From Saprolegnia diclina VS20 (Eukaryota), in NCBI RefSeq assembly GCF_000281045.1, contig NW_008246075.1:638970-667455 (forward strand): a stretch of 28,486 nt of DNA. The letters run 5' to 3'. The notes under the pieces are model-generated. The model was not told where the DNA came from. It ran no database searches and saw only the letters and a program-made list of their open reading frames with translations. Below, piece by piece: positions 11,961 to 22,652 of the stretch (the stretch's first letter is position 1; each line of letters opens with the position of its first letter). The translations under genes were made by a program, and so were the position numbers.

Positions 11961-12170
11961 ATGTTAATAACTCATTTCAACTGGTAGATTCCTGGTGCTT
12001 GGAAATGATATGCATTGCTGATGCCGGTACCAGCCCGTTCACAGAAGGAAGATTGGAAGGGGCGCTGTGGGATCTCTGGACCGCATGTGACCAGGCAATG
12101 CCCGGTGGTGTCCCTTCGTTCACCTCCCAAAACTTCGACTGCTGCTCGCGATACAACCCGCGACGCCAAG

Positions 12171-13719
12171 ATGAACGTCGCCATACTAGTAGTTCTTGTT
12201 CGCTAATGCGGTGGTAGTCGGCGATGGTCCTTGTCTCTGTGCTGCGGCGGCGCGTGGAGGCACGGCCGCCATTCCATGGCGCCAAACCGTTTACGTATCC
12301 TTCGTTTCGTCAACCGCCACCGGTGTATGTTACACGCCAGGCCACGCGCGAGTCTCCACCTCAACGTCGGTATTGAGCCAATCAGCGATCGTTTCTGCGT
12401 GGCGAACCTGTACAGCGCGCATCCAAAGCACATTGTGCCCCTTCCTTCATTTATCCGGCACCCGGATAATCAACGTCTGGATTCGATTTCGAAGGCTATA
12501 TCTTCGATCTTCGGGCCGCGGCTTACAAACAAAGAGGTAGCTGCCATGGGTGCGCACGGCAACTTCGAAATCAGGTTTCGAACCGTGAATCATGATGGCC
12601 CTTGCCACAACCCAAGCTCAAGCCAGTATGGCCGACGTCTTAGCCCCCGAGCTCCACAAGCGTGTACGCGTCTTCTGTGTAGAGAGCCGACAGCCGTACG
12701 TCCTCTGGTGCTGCTGCGAGCGACGGCTCATGCGCGCGTCGTAGGGGTGAGACCGGCTCGCTGCCCAGCCTCTTAAAGGAGGCGTGTGTGATCGGCTCAT
12801 TCGTGCCCGGCACGTACGTGCTGCCGCGGCGTGGCCAGCCCAATGCCGTCTTTATGGTCGTGGGCGCCATCATGATCTTCCTCGGTGTTGCAGTGTACGC
12901 TACCGCCGGCGACTTGCATGAGCTAACGGCCACGTCGCTGACCTTAGATCGTTGCTCGCCGCCGTCGCGCTCGATTATTGGTACAACGACATGCCTGCAG
13001 CGTACCTCTCCATCGTGTCCTTGGGCTTTATCGCTCTACTGCTCGTGTCGGTACGTTTTCTTTTGCCGCTGGTGCCGCACATACGAGCTGTTCTCGTAGG
13101 TGATCTCGAAACTCCTGAGCGAAATCACCGACTTCTCCACGGCACGGTACGCTGTCCCACGCTGCTCTGCACGTTCTCAGCTCCCCTGTGTAGCAATGCA
13201 GACGTCGTAGCATCGCGCATCGCAGCGTTTGATGCGGATGTGGTCGTTGGTATCGGATATGGCTGCGACGTCGTCTCGGAACTCGTCGCGCGGAGCAAGT
13301 GGGCGGGTCCGACGGTACGATCTAACGCAGCTCGGAGATTACGTATCGACGCGATTGCTTGTTTAGCTGCTGCTGGCGCCCAGATTTCTGACAACAATGC
13401 TGGGCAAGAAGGTGCTGATTCAATCCTGCGGCTGCGCCATGCCCGTGCAAATGTCCGCAAAGGCCGCAAAGATGCTCGTACCCTTCCCAACTCCAGAGTC
13501 GGAAACAATGAATAACGTAGGACGACTGCCACGAGCGAAGCTACTCACTCCTCGAAAACACCCACTGCGGCAATAAGCTTTGTGGCTTTGCCTCGGACCG
13601 CTTATTGGAATCGGTGCGTTGCCTCGCATGCGTCTCGTCGTTCTTCGCCATCTCACGCGAACGCGTAGATTCTGGCCACTGTGCGCCTTGGCCAGCTTCG
13701 ACCAGCGCAACAACCGTGA
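12171..13719 (+). CDS. Multi-exon transmembrane protein with C-terminal degenerate alpha/beta-hydrolase-like domain
   Basis: Hydrophobic exons (VFMVVGAIMIFLGVAVYA; YLSIVSLGFIALLLVSV), then FDADVVVGIGYGCDVV...KWAGPT|LLLAP after splicing. Putative last exon ILATVRLGQLRPAQQP* (TGA 13717-13719). Start and introns uncertain. Confidence 0.55.
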
Positions 13720-13744
13720 GAACTGCATTGAGTTTCTAAAATAT

Positions 13745-13789
13745 ATATCTCGTTGAGTTATATCTCGTTGAGTTATATCTCGTTGAGTT
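13745..13789 (+). repeat. 15-bp tandem repeat x3 (ATATCTCGTTGAGTT)
   Basis: Three exact copies starting at 13745, 13760 and 13775. Confidence 0.95.
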
Positions 13790-14221
13790 TCGGCAAAGAG
13801 TTTGACACCGAAGAGGCGCGTCTTCCAGAAGGCGCCCGTTGGACAATCGGAAATGCACCCCAAGCCCTGGCGCAGGAGTTTCGCCCTTTCTGTGGCTGCA
13901 AAGCGGGATACATAGGTAATGCGCTGGACCTTTGGGCCAGGGACTAGCAGTATGCAGCAGCGCCAAACCTGTCGAGAGGAAGGGCTGGCAGAGGCCGCAT
14001 CTGTGCGTTATCATCACTCTGCCCAGCCCCTCGATCACCATGCACTTTCGGTATTAAAATACGGCACGGCAAATTAAAATAGAGTTTCGGTCGAATTTAA
14101 AGCCAGCCAATCCACGCACCGACGCATATTTTTTACAAATGCATACAAACAATCATACAACGATGCATAAAACCACAGCCAATCCGCGAACAGCGACGGT
14201 AGTAAAAAACCAACCACTTTC

Positions 14222-14235
14222 TCACTTCAAGTTTT
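14222..14235 (+). promoter_or_regulatory. Oomycete INR+FPR core promoter element (CCAAT box upstream at ~14107)
   Basis: TCACTTCAAGTTTT matches the consensus, about 45 bp before ATG 14280. Confidence 0.6.
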
Positions 14236-14279
14236 GCTTCGAAAACAGCAGCGCGCAGACTCTCGCAACGATCGCACCC

Positions 14280-15302
14280 ATGTGTCGCCCCGCCGAAGCC
14301 ATGGCTGGCCCGTCGGTATTCAGCTACCACGTCGCGCAGCCCTTCCAACACCGCATTCTCCGCCCGCATGACGCCAAGGGCCTTTTCCAGTACGGCGGTC
14401 CGAAGCCCACGCCTCCACCGCTCAGCCCCAAGGTCGATGAACTCAACATTGACATTGGCACCTTTGAGGACCTCGTGGCCTACACTCTGGACCACGAGGA
14501 GGCCATGGCCTGTGCCAACGATACGGCGTTTGACTCGTCCGAAATGGACATCCTATACAGCTTCCTTGCCGACCAAGAGGCGACGGTGCACGCCGCCCCG
14601 ATCAGCGTCGAAGACGACGGTGTCATTACGCTGAACCTCCTTGACGACACCGAAGTCGACAAGATCCTTGACAATGAGATGGCCAATGACGCTATCGACA
14701 ACGTTCAACTCATACCGCCACTCGGCTACGTCGAGCCCGCGATCGAAGCGCGCATCGACACCGAAGACGACATCTCGGGCAAGAATCGCCGCCTCTGCAA
14801 GATGGAAGGCTGCCACAAGCGCTCCCGCTCCCATGGCCTCTGCATCGCTCACGGTGGCGGCCGACGCTGCGCCGTCGACGGCTGCAACAAGAGCAGTCAA
14901 GGCGGCAATCTCTGCATCAAGCACGGTGGCGGCAAACGCTGCGAAGTCGACGGCTGTGAACGCGCCGCCCAGTCCAACATGCTCTGCAAGGCGCACGGCG
15001 GCGGCCCGCGCTGCCTCTTTGAAGGCTGCGACCGCAGCTCGCAGGGCGGTGGCTACTGCCGTTCGCATGGCGGTGGCAAGCGCTGCCTCTTTGAGGGCTG
15101 CGACAAGGGCACCCAGCGCGGCGACTTCTGTGCGCTCCACGGCGGGTCGCGTCTCTGCGGCGTGGCTGGTTGCATGCGCAACGACCGTGGCGGTGGCTTT
15201 TGCGCGACGCACGGCGGTGGCAAGCGCTGCGCCGAGCCCGGGTGCATGAAGCCGTGCCGCCGCAACAGTCGCTGCTCGGCCCATTGGCGCCAAGCCGACT
15301 GA
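14280..15302 (+). CDS. Zinc-finger array protein, 7 x C-x4-C-x9-C-x2-H(GGGxR) ('WRKY19-like' zinc-finger repeats, no WRKY domain), with acidic middle region; paralog 1
   Basis: Seven 24-aa repeats from CKMEGCHKRSRSHGLCIAHGGGRR to CAEPGCMKPCRRNSRCSAH. Start MCRP is shared with paralog 2 and lies downstream of the INR+FPR. Confidence 0.92.
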   Translation: MCRPAEAMAGPSVFSYHVAQPFQHRILRPHDAKGLFQYGGPKPTPPPLSPKVDELNIDIGTFEDLVAYTLDHEEAMACANDTAFDSSEMDILYSFLADQEATVHAAPISVEDDGVITLNLLDDTEVDKILDNEMANDAIDNVQLIPPLGYVEPAIEARIDTEDDISGKNRRLCKMEGCHKRSRSHGLCIAHGGGRRCAVDGCNKSSQGGNLCIKHGGGKRCEVDGCERAAQSNMLCKAHGGGPRCLFEGCDRSSQGGGYCRSHGGGKRCLFEGCDKGTQRGDFCALHGGSRLCGVAGCMRNDRGGGFCATHGGGKRCAEPGCMKPCRRNSRCSAHWRQAD

Positions 15303-17188
15303 CAGTGCGCGCAGTCCTCCCATTGAAGTGGTGCGATCTCGAAGGTTCGAGGCCGCTGCCGATACATGTTTTATTTCGACATTTGTATGCTATATATCGC
15401 TGCGAAGGTCCGCTGTGCATGCTGTATACAGTAAGCTCAAACACGACAGTCTACGTCTCTATTTCTCTTCGCCGGAGTACATCAAATTGATTGCGAACTC
15501 ACTCGAAACGCGTCTCAATGGAACTAAGATTTGGAGCCGACATGTAGACGACGCGTAGTCTGGACAGACAGATGTGCCAAAGAGTCAGCTATGTAAATGT
15601 ACACTGTTGTCCGTCTGAGACCTCTTTGACAGCTGTGGCGATGTACTTCATGTTGGAACTCCTGCACGTACGTGATTGGCATGACTTCACATGGACTAGA
15701 AGCCATCGAGGTATGCAGAATCGTACGCCGTCGTGCATAATACTCGTCTGCACAAGCTGAGCTTCACGATATTCTGATGGGTGTTGATAAACTAAGAGCT
15801 GCAGATGTTCGCCGCAAATAGTGCACGGGGTTGCTTCCGCTCGCGAAGCTGTTGAAGATACAATTCAGGCCAATGAGACTGATACCTGTTTTGGATTGGT
15901 CGATCTAGACCAATGAACGCGTGCTTCAAGATGCATTCGTTGAAGCTGTCTGGTCCATATAAGAGCGATCGATTCATGACCTCTCGCCCCGCGATTCTTT
16001 CGCACACGAGGCGGGACCAAGACCAGGATACATGCAAGTGGCATAAAATCTCCTCGAGGGTGTTGCGGCGCAGGGAGGGGTGCAGAGGGCCGCGTACGCG
16101 CTGACGGGACCACATGCACCGCGTCAGGAACGACCGTTTGAGCTGAGATGCGTTCACACTGTTCACGCTTCTCAGCTCAATCGGTCGTACTCTCCTGGTT
16201 CTGTGTTAACTTACCAGAACCAGAGCAGGACGAACCGCTGCAACGTTCGCAGACATCTTCGCAAGCAGCTTCGCCTGCCTACTGCGCGGCCGCCATTTTA
16301 GCCAATCGCATGCCACGTATCGGTCAACTCTGCGACCGACGCACACTCAAGACGTAGATGTTGATATCCGCAGGCGGCTGCACCCGCTGGCCATGATGTG
16401 TCTGCGTGGCACTGGACGCGATCAAGGGGGCTCGTCGATGCGTCTTTTCCACGACGGACGCATCTTCAAGAATAATTCCAGAACCTATTTCTGTGATTCA
16501 TTTCGCTGTTGTGATGTGGACCCGGTCCATTGGATCCAGGGCGTCTTCAAGCACGTCAGGTCCATTAGCGCTGCCGCGACATGCGTCTGCACCTGCCACA
16601 TGCGGTGACCCAATTTGGGGTGGTTCCGTGCATGGTGAAGAGCAAACGCATGATTATCAATTGCTCTCGGCACGTAATTGGAGTTGCTCCCTCATCAGAT
16701 GCTCAGCCTCGCCTTTGCCAGGTCGTCGAAAGACTGGTCGTCGGGACCGCAATGTCCAGTCGGCGTACAGAGACGTGGATGACTGGAGATGAATAAATAT
16801 CGAAGCGCTGCGATCGGTACAGTCCGCGTCCGACCTCCGACCGCAGCACCACCGCCTTGGCGCCAGTCGGTGCCTTTGCTGCAATTGTTGACGTTATTTT
16901 ATTGTTTTTCGCACATTTTATTTTATTGCAGCCACTTTCGCCAGGCGCCGTCGCAAGAGGAGGATGTGAGCGTGCGCTACGTTCGAAAAGCCGGGCCAGG
17001 CCGACCTATTTTTAGAACAGATTTCGCGCCTTGTGATTGGCCATAAATCGGTATGGGGCCAGTGCGCGGGCACGACTCCGCATTTCAACCAATGAGACGC
17101 CGCCGGCTAGGCTGCATAGAAACAGAAGGTGTTAAAATTTGGGCGGTCACTACGAAATCCGCCTCGCGAGCCCCAACCACCAAGCACG

Positions 17189-18365
17189 ATGTGCCGGCCG
17201 ATCGAGACCGCGCCGCACGGCGGCTTCCCCATGATGAACCCGCAGGCCATGTACCAGGCCACCATGAACAAGAACATGACGCGCTACTCCATGGCACCCA
17301 GCCCGGCCATGATGGGCTACCAGAAGCCCCAGCAGTATGAAGTCGTCACGGACAACATGATGTACCCTGGCTACGGCTACGATGCGCAGCCGGTCATGCC
17401 CTTCTACCCTTCGCAGGCTATGAACTACGCGCCGGTGCAGGCGCCGGCCCGCGCCTCGCTGTCGCCGCGTGACCCGAACGTCGACATTGGCACTTTTCAG
17501 GACCTTCTCGACGTTGCACTCGAAGACGACGTCGAGGATGCGTCCTTTGACGTCAACGAAGGCTTTGACAACTCGGAGATGTCGATCCTGATGAGCTTTC
17601 TGAACGAACACGACGCAGCAGCCGACAACCAGTCGCCCGCTACGATGGAAGAAGTGGACGGCGGTGTCTTGACGCTCAACCTCCTCGACGATGGTCCGTT
17701 GGAAGCCCTCTTGTCGTCGTCGCTCGATGACGACAGCGACGACATCCTCTCTGATGTCAAGCTAACGCCCCCTTCGGGCTTTGTCGCGCTCAACCAGCCG
17801 TCCTTCGACCATAGCACCGAAGACGAAGACTGCCTCTCGGGCAAGAANNNNNNNNNNNNNNNNNNNNNNNNNNNNNNNNNNNNNNNNNNNNNNNNNNNNN
17901 NNNNNNNNNNNNNNNNNNNNNNNNNNNNNNNNNNNNNNNNNNNNNNNNNNNNNNNNNNNNNNNNNNNNNNNNNNNNNNNNNNNNNNNNNNNNNNNNNNNN
18001 NNNNNNNNNNNNNNNNNNNNNNNNNNNNNNNNNNNNNNNNNNNNNNNNNNNNNNNNNNNNNNNNNNNNNNNNNNNNNNNNNNNNNNNNNNNNNNNNNNNN
18101 NNNNNNNNNNNNNNNNNNNNNNNNNNNNNNNNNNNNNNNNNNNNNNNNNNNNNNNNNNNNNNNNNNNNNNNNNNNNNNNNNNNNNNNNNNNNNNNNNNNN
18201 NNNNNNNNNNNNNNNNNNNNNNNNNNNNNNNNNNNNNNNNNNGACCGTGGCGGTGGCTTTTGCGCGACGCACGGCGGTGGCAAGCGCTGCGCCGAGCCCG
18301 GGTGCATGAAGCCGTGCCGCCGACAGGGCCTCTGCTCGGCGCACTTTCGTGTGCACTCGGAGTAG
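17189..18365 (+). CDS. Zinc-finger array protein, paralog 2 (most fingers hidden in an assembly gap)
   Basis: MCRPIETAPHGG..., shared blocks NVDIGTFQDL, FDNSEMSILMSFL, GVLTLNLLDD. After the gap DRGGGFCATHGGGKRCAEPGCMKPCRRQGLCSAHFRVHSE*. Confidence 0.88.
17848..18242. other. Assembly gap (395 N)
   Basis: Run of N. The equivalent segment of paralog 1 (14786-15182) is 397 bp. Confidence 0.99.
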
Positions 18366-18575
18366 TCGTGTCCCGAGGTTTTCCATTGAAGTGGCGCGGC
18401 CCTGCGTCGTCGCCGATGTATATTGTGCACATTTTTTATTGACGGCCGTCCGTCCTTGTACGAAGAGTGTATCTAAGAAACACGACTGGATGCATGCATG
18501 TTACTCTCGCGTCGCGTCTCGGCTTGGCTCTACGAGTGCCGGCAGGTCGTCGGTCTCTGCGATCGTGGCGACGCC

Positions 18576-19818
18576 CTACGACGCTCGAGGTGGTTTTGGT
18601 TGAAGCACAGCATTTTGTACCGGGTCCCGAACAAATGGGTTGTGGGCGCGCTCTTTCTGAAAGTCAAACGACATGGTCAAGTCGTACACCGGCGGTTTGC
18701 GCGCGGGTGTCGGCTTCTTTGCCGCGTTTTGCGTGCCCCGGTGCATCGACGGCGGAAACGACCGCATCTCGCTCAGCGTCGCCGCGTACTCTTCGTCGAG
18801 ATGACAGTAGTCGCTGTACGAGTGCGACGCTGCCGATCCGGCTGGCGACGTCTCGGCCGGTTGCACGCGCTTTGGGATCGGCATGGGCGCTGCAAAGTAC
18901 GTTTCGTGCACGTCGTTGAACGGGTTGCAGTGGTTGTCGTCGTCAGCACTGTCGTCGACGTCGTTCCTTGACAGCGGCGCGGGCGGCGACATTAGCGTCG
19001 GCGGCGGCGTCTCGGCAATGACCTTTGTTGGTGGCGGCTGGTCCCGCGGCGACGCTGTCGTCGAGTTGGGCTTGGACTTGTTGAGCGAATCCTTGAAGAG
19101 TGCGTCGTCTTGGAGCACAATCGAGTTGGTAATGCCGTGTACGTAGAGGCTCAAGTCATCTTCGGCGCCTTTGGCACCGATTTCGCCCGTGAGCATGTAT
19201 TCCATGAGCAAGCTACGAGCGGCAGACGGCAGGAATGTGTGAAAATGTGCTGTGGTTGGTGCTGCTACTACCTGTTGGCGAGAATCACCAGCTCGGTAAT
19301 CTGCCCCAAGCGCTTCTCCATCTTTGTATTCCAGTCTTCCATGCCAATGAGCCATCGACCTACGTCCCAGTGATTAGTGCAGGAGGCAGTACATTGATCA
19401 ACCTGCATCCGCCACGTAGGCGACGCTGGACCTAGGTGCAACATGTCATCGCACTCCTGTACCATGTCGATTGAAACAGCACGCGTACTGGAGCTCGTCG
19501 CGGATCGCCTCGCGGTACTCGTAGCACCTTCGGATGAGCTTCTTGGCTGCGTAGTTGACCTCTACGGAAGCCACAGTCTCAGCTGCATGCACGCAACCGT
19601 ATGCGTCGTACCGTCGGGTAGCTTGTCGTGCATGCGCTGGAAGAAGCCTTCGTAGTAAATGACCTGCGACGCCCATGAGCATAGGCGGGCACGCTGCCAT
19701 GAACCTTCTTCATGAAGCTCGTGACGTTGGACTCGAGGCAGATGATCCCGCCCGCGACCGTCGACACGCTCTTCGAGATGCTCGCGACCGTCTGCGTGTG
19801 GCCAAACCAGCTCGTCAT
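18576..19818 (-). CDS. Hypothetical protein, multi-exon, Pro/Ser-rich C-terminus
   Basis: Coding-like minus-strand segments: MTSWFGHTQTVASISKS..., VIYYEGFFQRMHDKL, VEVNYAAKKLIRRCYEYREAIRDEL, WNTKMEKRLGQITELVILANR and the long terminal exon SLLMEYML...PKPPRAS*. They are separated by short GT-AG gaps. Confidence 0.7.
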
Positions 19819-20255
19819 GCGTCCGATCCAACTTCACGACGAAGAGAACAACACCAAAGTCGCCTAAACCCCGGGTCGACGTCGTCTTTTCGCAGCGTTA
19901 AAATATTTTACCCGCGTTTTAACTGCACGTCAGTGAGATTGCAGGTTAAATCCTTGGAGGTGTCGGTTAAACGATCTTGGCAACGACGTTCCACGGGGTG
20001 GACACGCGCACGAGCCCGAAGATCGATCGGGCCCGAAATCTTTCTGCCACACTTGGCTACTGCCATGGTCCTCTGTCGCAATCACTGCCACTGCACTCTG
20101 CTCTGGCGAGATGAAGTGGCGACGTGCCACTACCGTAGCCGATCCTGGAGTGTGGCGCAACGCAGTACGACAAGAGAATTGTCTATCGGTGCTTGGATTA
20201 CTACTAGCATACTAATGGAAAAAGTGGAGGCCGAGATCGCCCGAATAAATAAGGC

Positions 20256-20516
20256 TCAGACCATCGTTATGACGACGGCGAGGGTCAGAATCGCGGCGAC
20301 GTTGCTGCACGTCCAGTGCGCGCTTGTCGGGCGCGGCTCGGACGTCCATGGCGACGCGGCCGTGAGCGCTTCGTACCCGACGTTGATGGCCGACGCCGAG
20401 ATCCGCTGGAGCTCCTTGGTCATGCTGAGGCGGCGGGGCGGGAGCTGCTCGAGCTGCGGCGCGGCTGCGAACGGCGACGCGGCCAGCGCAAGGAGGAGCA
20501 GCCAGATGAGCCGCAT
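20256..20516 (-). CDS. Small secreted protein (86 aa) with C-terminal hydrophobic tail (possible GPI or TM anchor)
   Basis: Signal-peptide-like MRLIWLLLLALAASPFAAA; ends ...SNVAAILTLAVVITMV*. Confidence 0.65.
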   Translation of the reverse strand: MRLIWLLLLALAASPFAAAPQLEQLPPRRLSMTKELQRISASAINVGYEALTAASPWTSEPRPTSAHWTCSNVAAILTLAVVITMV

Positions 20517-20650
20517 GTTGTTCGATGCGATCGACGGCTTGGGGGCGCGTTCGAAAATGGCCGTCAACGCCAACAGGACCTAAAAATACCGCGTCAAAAA
20601 AAATGTCGATTTTAGCGCCGGCGGTTTCGGGCAAATTTAGACTCGTGGAT

Positions 20651-21291
20651 ATGGCACGCTTGTGCATCGCCGCGGCGCAGTTTGTCGCAACGAATCTCCA
20701 CTGCATCGCGACTCTCGTGGTCGCTGTGCGCCCGTCGACGCCACTGTACGCGGTGCATCACTACATGCAACTGCGTCTTGCATCCTGAAGCACCGACCAA
20801 TCGTAGCACCGAGGCGTTGATGACGCTGGCGTTGATCGGTTTTGGCCTCGAGCTTTCTCTTCTCGCGTCGGGGCGCAGCTGCTTGTACCCGGGCCTGAGC
20901 CTCCTCGGTGGGTGCTTACACAGTACACTGTGTTATTCATTAGTATTCTTCTCCCGTAGGCGCGGTCGTGCATGCTATCGGGTCGATCGTTATGTTTTTT
21001 TACATCCGAGATGGCTGGGCGGAAGCCGCGCTGCCGCTCATTGTTGTGCCTTGCAGGTGTGTGGAATGCCTAACAACCAGCAATGTGAATGGGATACTAC
21101 TACGACGCGTTAGTGTGTGTCCAGGTCTCCTCGGCACAGCGATTCTGCTGCGCCATTTTGGACGCGAACTGCGCGACTATGCGCAAAAGGCGCGAGCTGG
21201 TACGCAGAGGGGCAGTGCAATGGCTCCTGACGACGCTACTCGCTTCGTAGCGCTCGCGGCATGTCTCCAGCGCCAACTTCGGTTCTATTAG
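20651..21291 (+). CDS. TMEM107-like four-TM protein (ciliary transition-zone family), multi-exon; 3' end uncertain
   Basis: Spliced product QFVATNLH...IGFGLELSLLASGRSCLYPGLSLL..VVHAIGSIVMFFYIRDGW...IVVPCSVCPG follows the TMEM107 pattern F-x-T-x2-H...F-x2-EL-x4-SG-x-S...SL...H-x3-S...W...CS-x2-P (recognised by eye). Confidence 0.6.
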
Positions 21292-21529
21292 CTGCGCTTT
21301 TATCGCTTGCGATGGTGTTTATGTATATTGAGTTTGTGAAATGTGTGCTACTGCCGGTTGGAACTGAAACGTGGCGGCACGACAGCGCTTTGGATCGTAC
21401 ACAACAGTATTTCAGGCGTTTCACACTATTCCGTTACGCCTTTTTGTCCGGGACAAAACCCAGTAATAATAATATTATTATTTCGGAACCGCAGTTTTTG
21501 TGGCTTGGACGACCGAGCCCGAGGCAAGC

Positions 21530-22632
21530 ATGGACCACGACGAAGTCGAGGATACGATTGAGCCCGTGTACTTGGACCTGGAGGACCGCGAGCTGTACCT
21601 CGTGAAGCTGCCGGTACACTTATGCATCCTTGGCGCAGTGCGCGACCACAGCTTTCACCTTGTAGAAAGAGCTCGGGAGCTCGTGGAAGAACATCACGGG
21701 TATCGGACGGTGCATCATGGCCCAACATGGCCTTATGGCATCGGCGTGTAGAGAGCGAAATCCTCTTGGGTACACTGCGTATGAACAAGCGCGATGCGCT
21801 CGGCCGGCGCAAGGTAGGCCATCATGCGCGTCGATAGGCTGGCTTATGCACGATACGCGCAGGGCGTCTTGACGGTCAACTCGGACACGCTGAGCGAAGA
21901 GATTCCGACCGAGTACCGCACGGAGCTAACACGGTCAGACCTTGGCCTCAAGGTCTTTTCGCAAGACGGCTCGGGGCGCATGGCCATTGAAGGCAAAGTC
22001 ACCGAGTCGTGCTCGATGATGCCCAAGCCGGGCGAGCGCTACAAGAAGCAGCTTGGCGTACGCTACGTCAAGTCGATGCAGAAAGGGTGCGCGCATCGCG
22101 TTATCAACTGCCGGATCTCATGTTGGTGCGGTAGCACCGTCGTACCCCTCGAGAGCACGCCCAAGCAGGTCAAGGGTGGCATCACAATCAAGATCCCCAA
22201 GCACAAGGAGAGCGAGGACGAGGTTCGCGCTTCCTCTCGATGTGCACCATCGTCTGTATACCGAATGTAGGAGGAAGAAGAGGGCAAAATCAAGGGCCCG
22301 TCCGAGCCGTTCAAGAAGATCAAGATGGACCGCGTACGTTCCGACGACATTTTCCCCTGTATCTCAACCTGCTTGTCATCTAGGAAGCGCTCAAGAACCA
22401 GATTTTCCACTATTTCGAACAGCGCGAGTATTGGCCGCTCAAGGAGCTTAACGCCCACTGCCGCCAGCCCGAGGTTCGTCCACTCTCTCTTTCAAAGGGA
22501 CGGTATCAAATCATGTACCTTGCGTAGGCTTACCTCAAGGAAATCCTCAAAGAGATCTGCGTCTATCACAAGAAGGGCCCCAACAAGAGCTGCTACGAAC
22601 TCCAGCCGCACTTCAAGGAGCAAAAGCCATAA
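21530..22632 (+). CDS. GTF2F2: Transcription initiation factor TFIIF beta subunit (RAP30/Tfg2), multi-exon
   Basis: N-terminal LYLVKLP..L...W, LGTLRM, MAIEGKVTESCSMMP. C-terminal winged helix LKNQIFHYFEQREYWPLKELNAHCRQPE|AYLKEILKEICVYHKKGPNKSCYELQPHFKEQKP*. Confidence 0.92.
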
Positions 22633-22652
22633 GTGTGCTCTCTTACAGGCGT

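Noticed and set aside
14139..14279. Upstream ATG extension of zinc-finger paralog 1
   Set aside because: AT-rich, the ATG lies upstream of the INR+FPR, and paralog 2 also begins MCRP; ATG 14280 preferred.
14553..15323. Ala-rich 256-aa minus-strand ORF; also calling the finger genes WRKY factors
   Set aside because: The ORF is the antisense shadow of the TGC/GGC-rich finger array, and no WRKYGQK domain is present.
15400..17050. Many short ORFs between the zinc-finger paralogs
   Set aside because: None shows a motif, coding bias or a recognisable transposon remnant.
20420..20445. RxLR effector call for the small secreted protein (PPRRLS)
   Set aside because: No R-x-L-R or dEER motif, and it has a C-terminal hydrophobic anchor.
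19675..20583. 302-codon + strand ORF
   Set aside because: Overlaps two better-supported minus-strand genes in antisense and has no domain.
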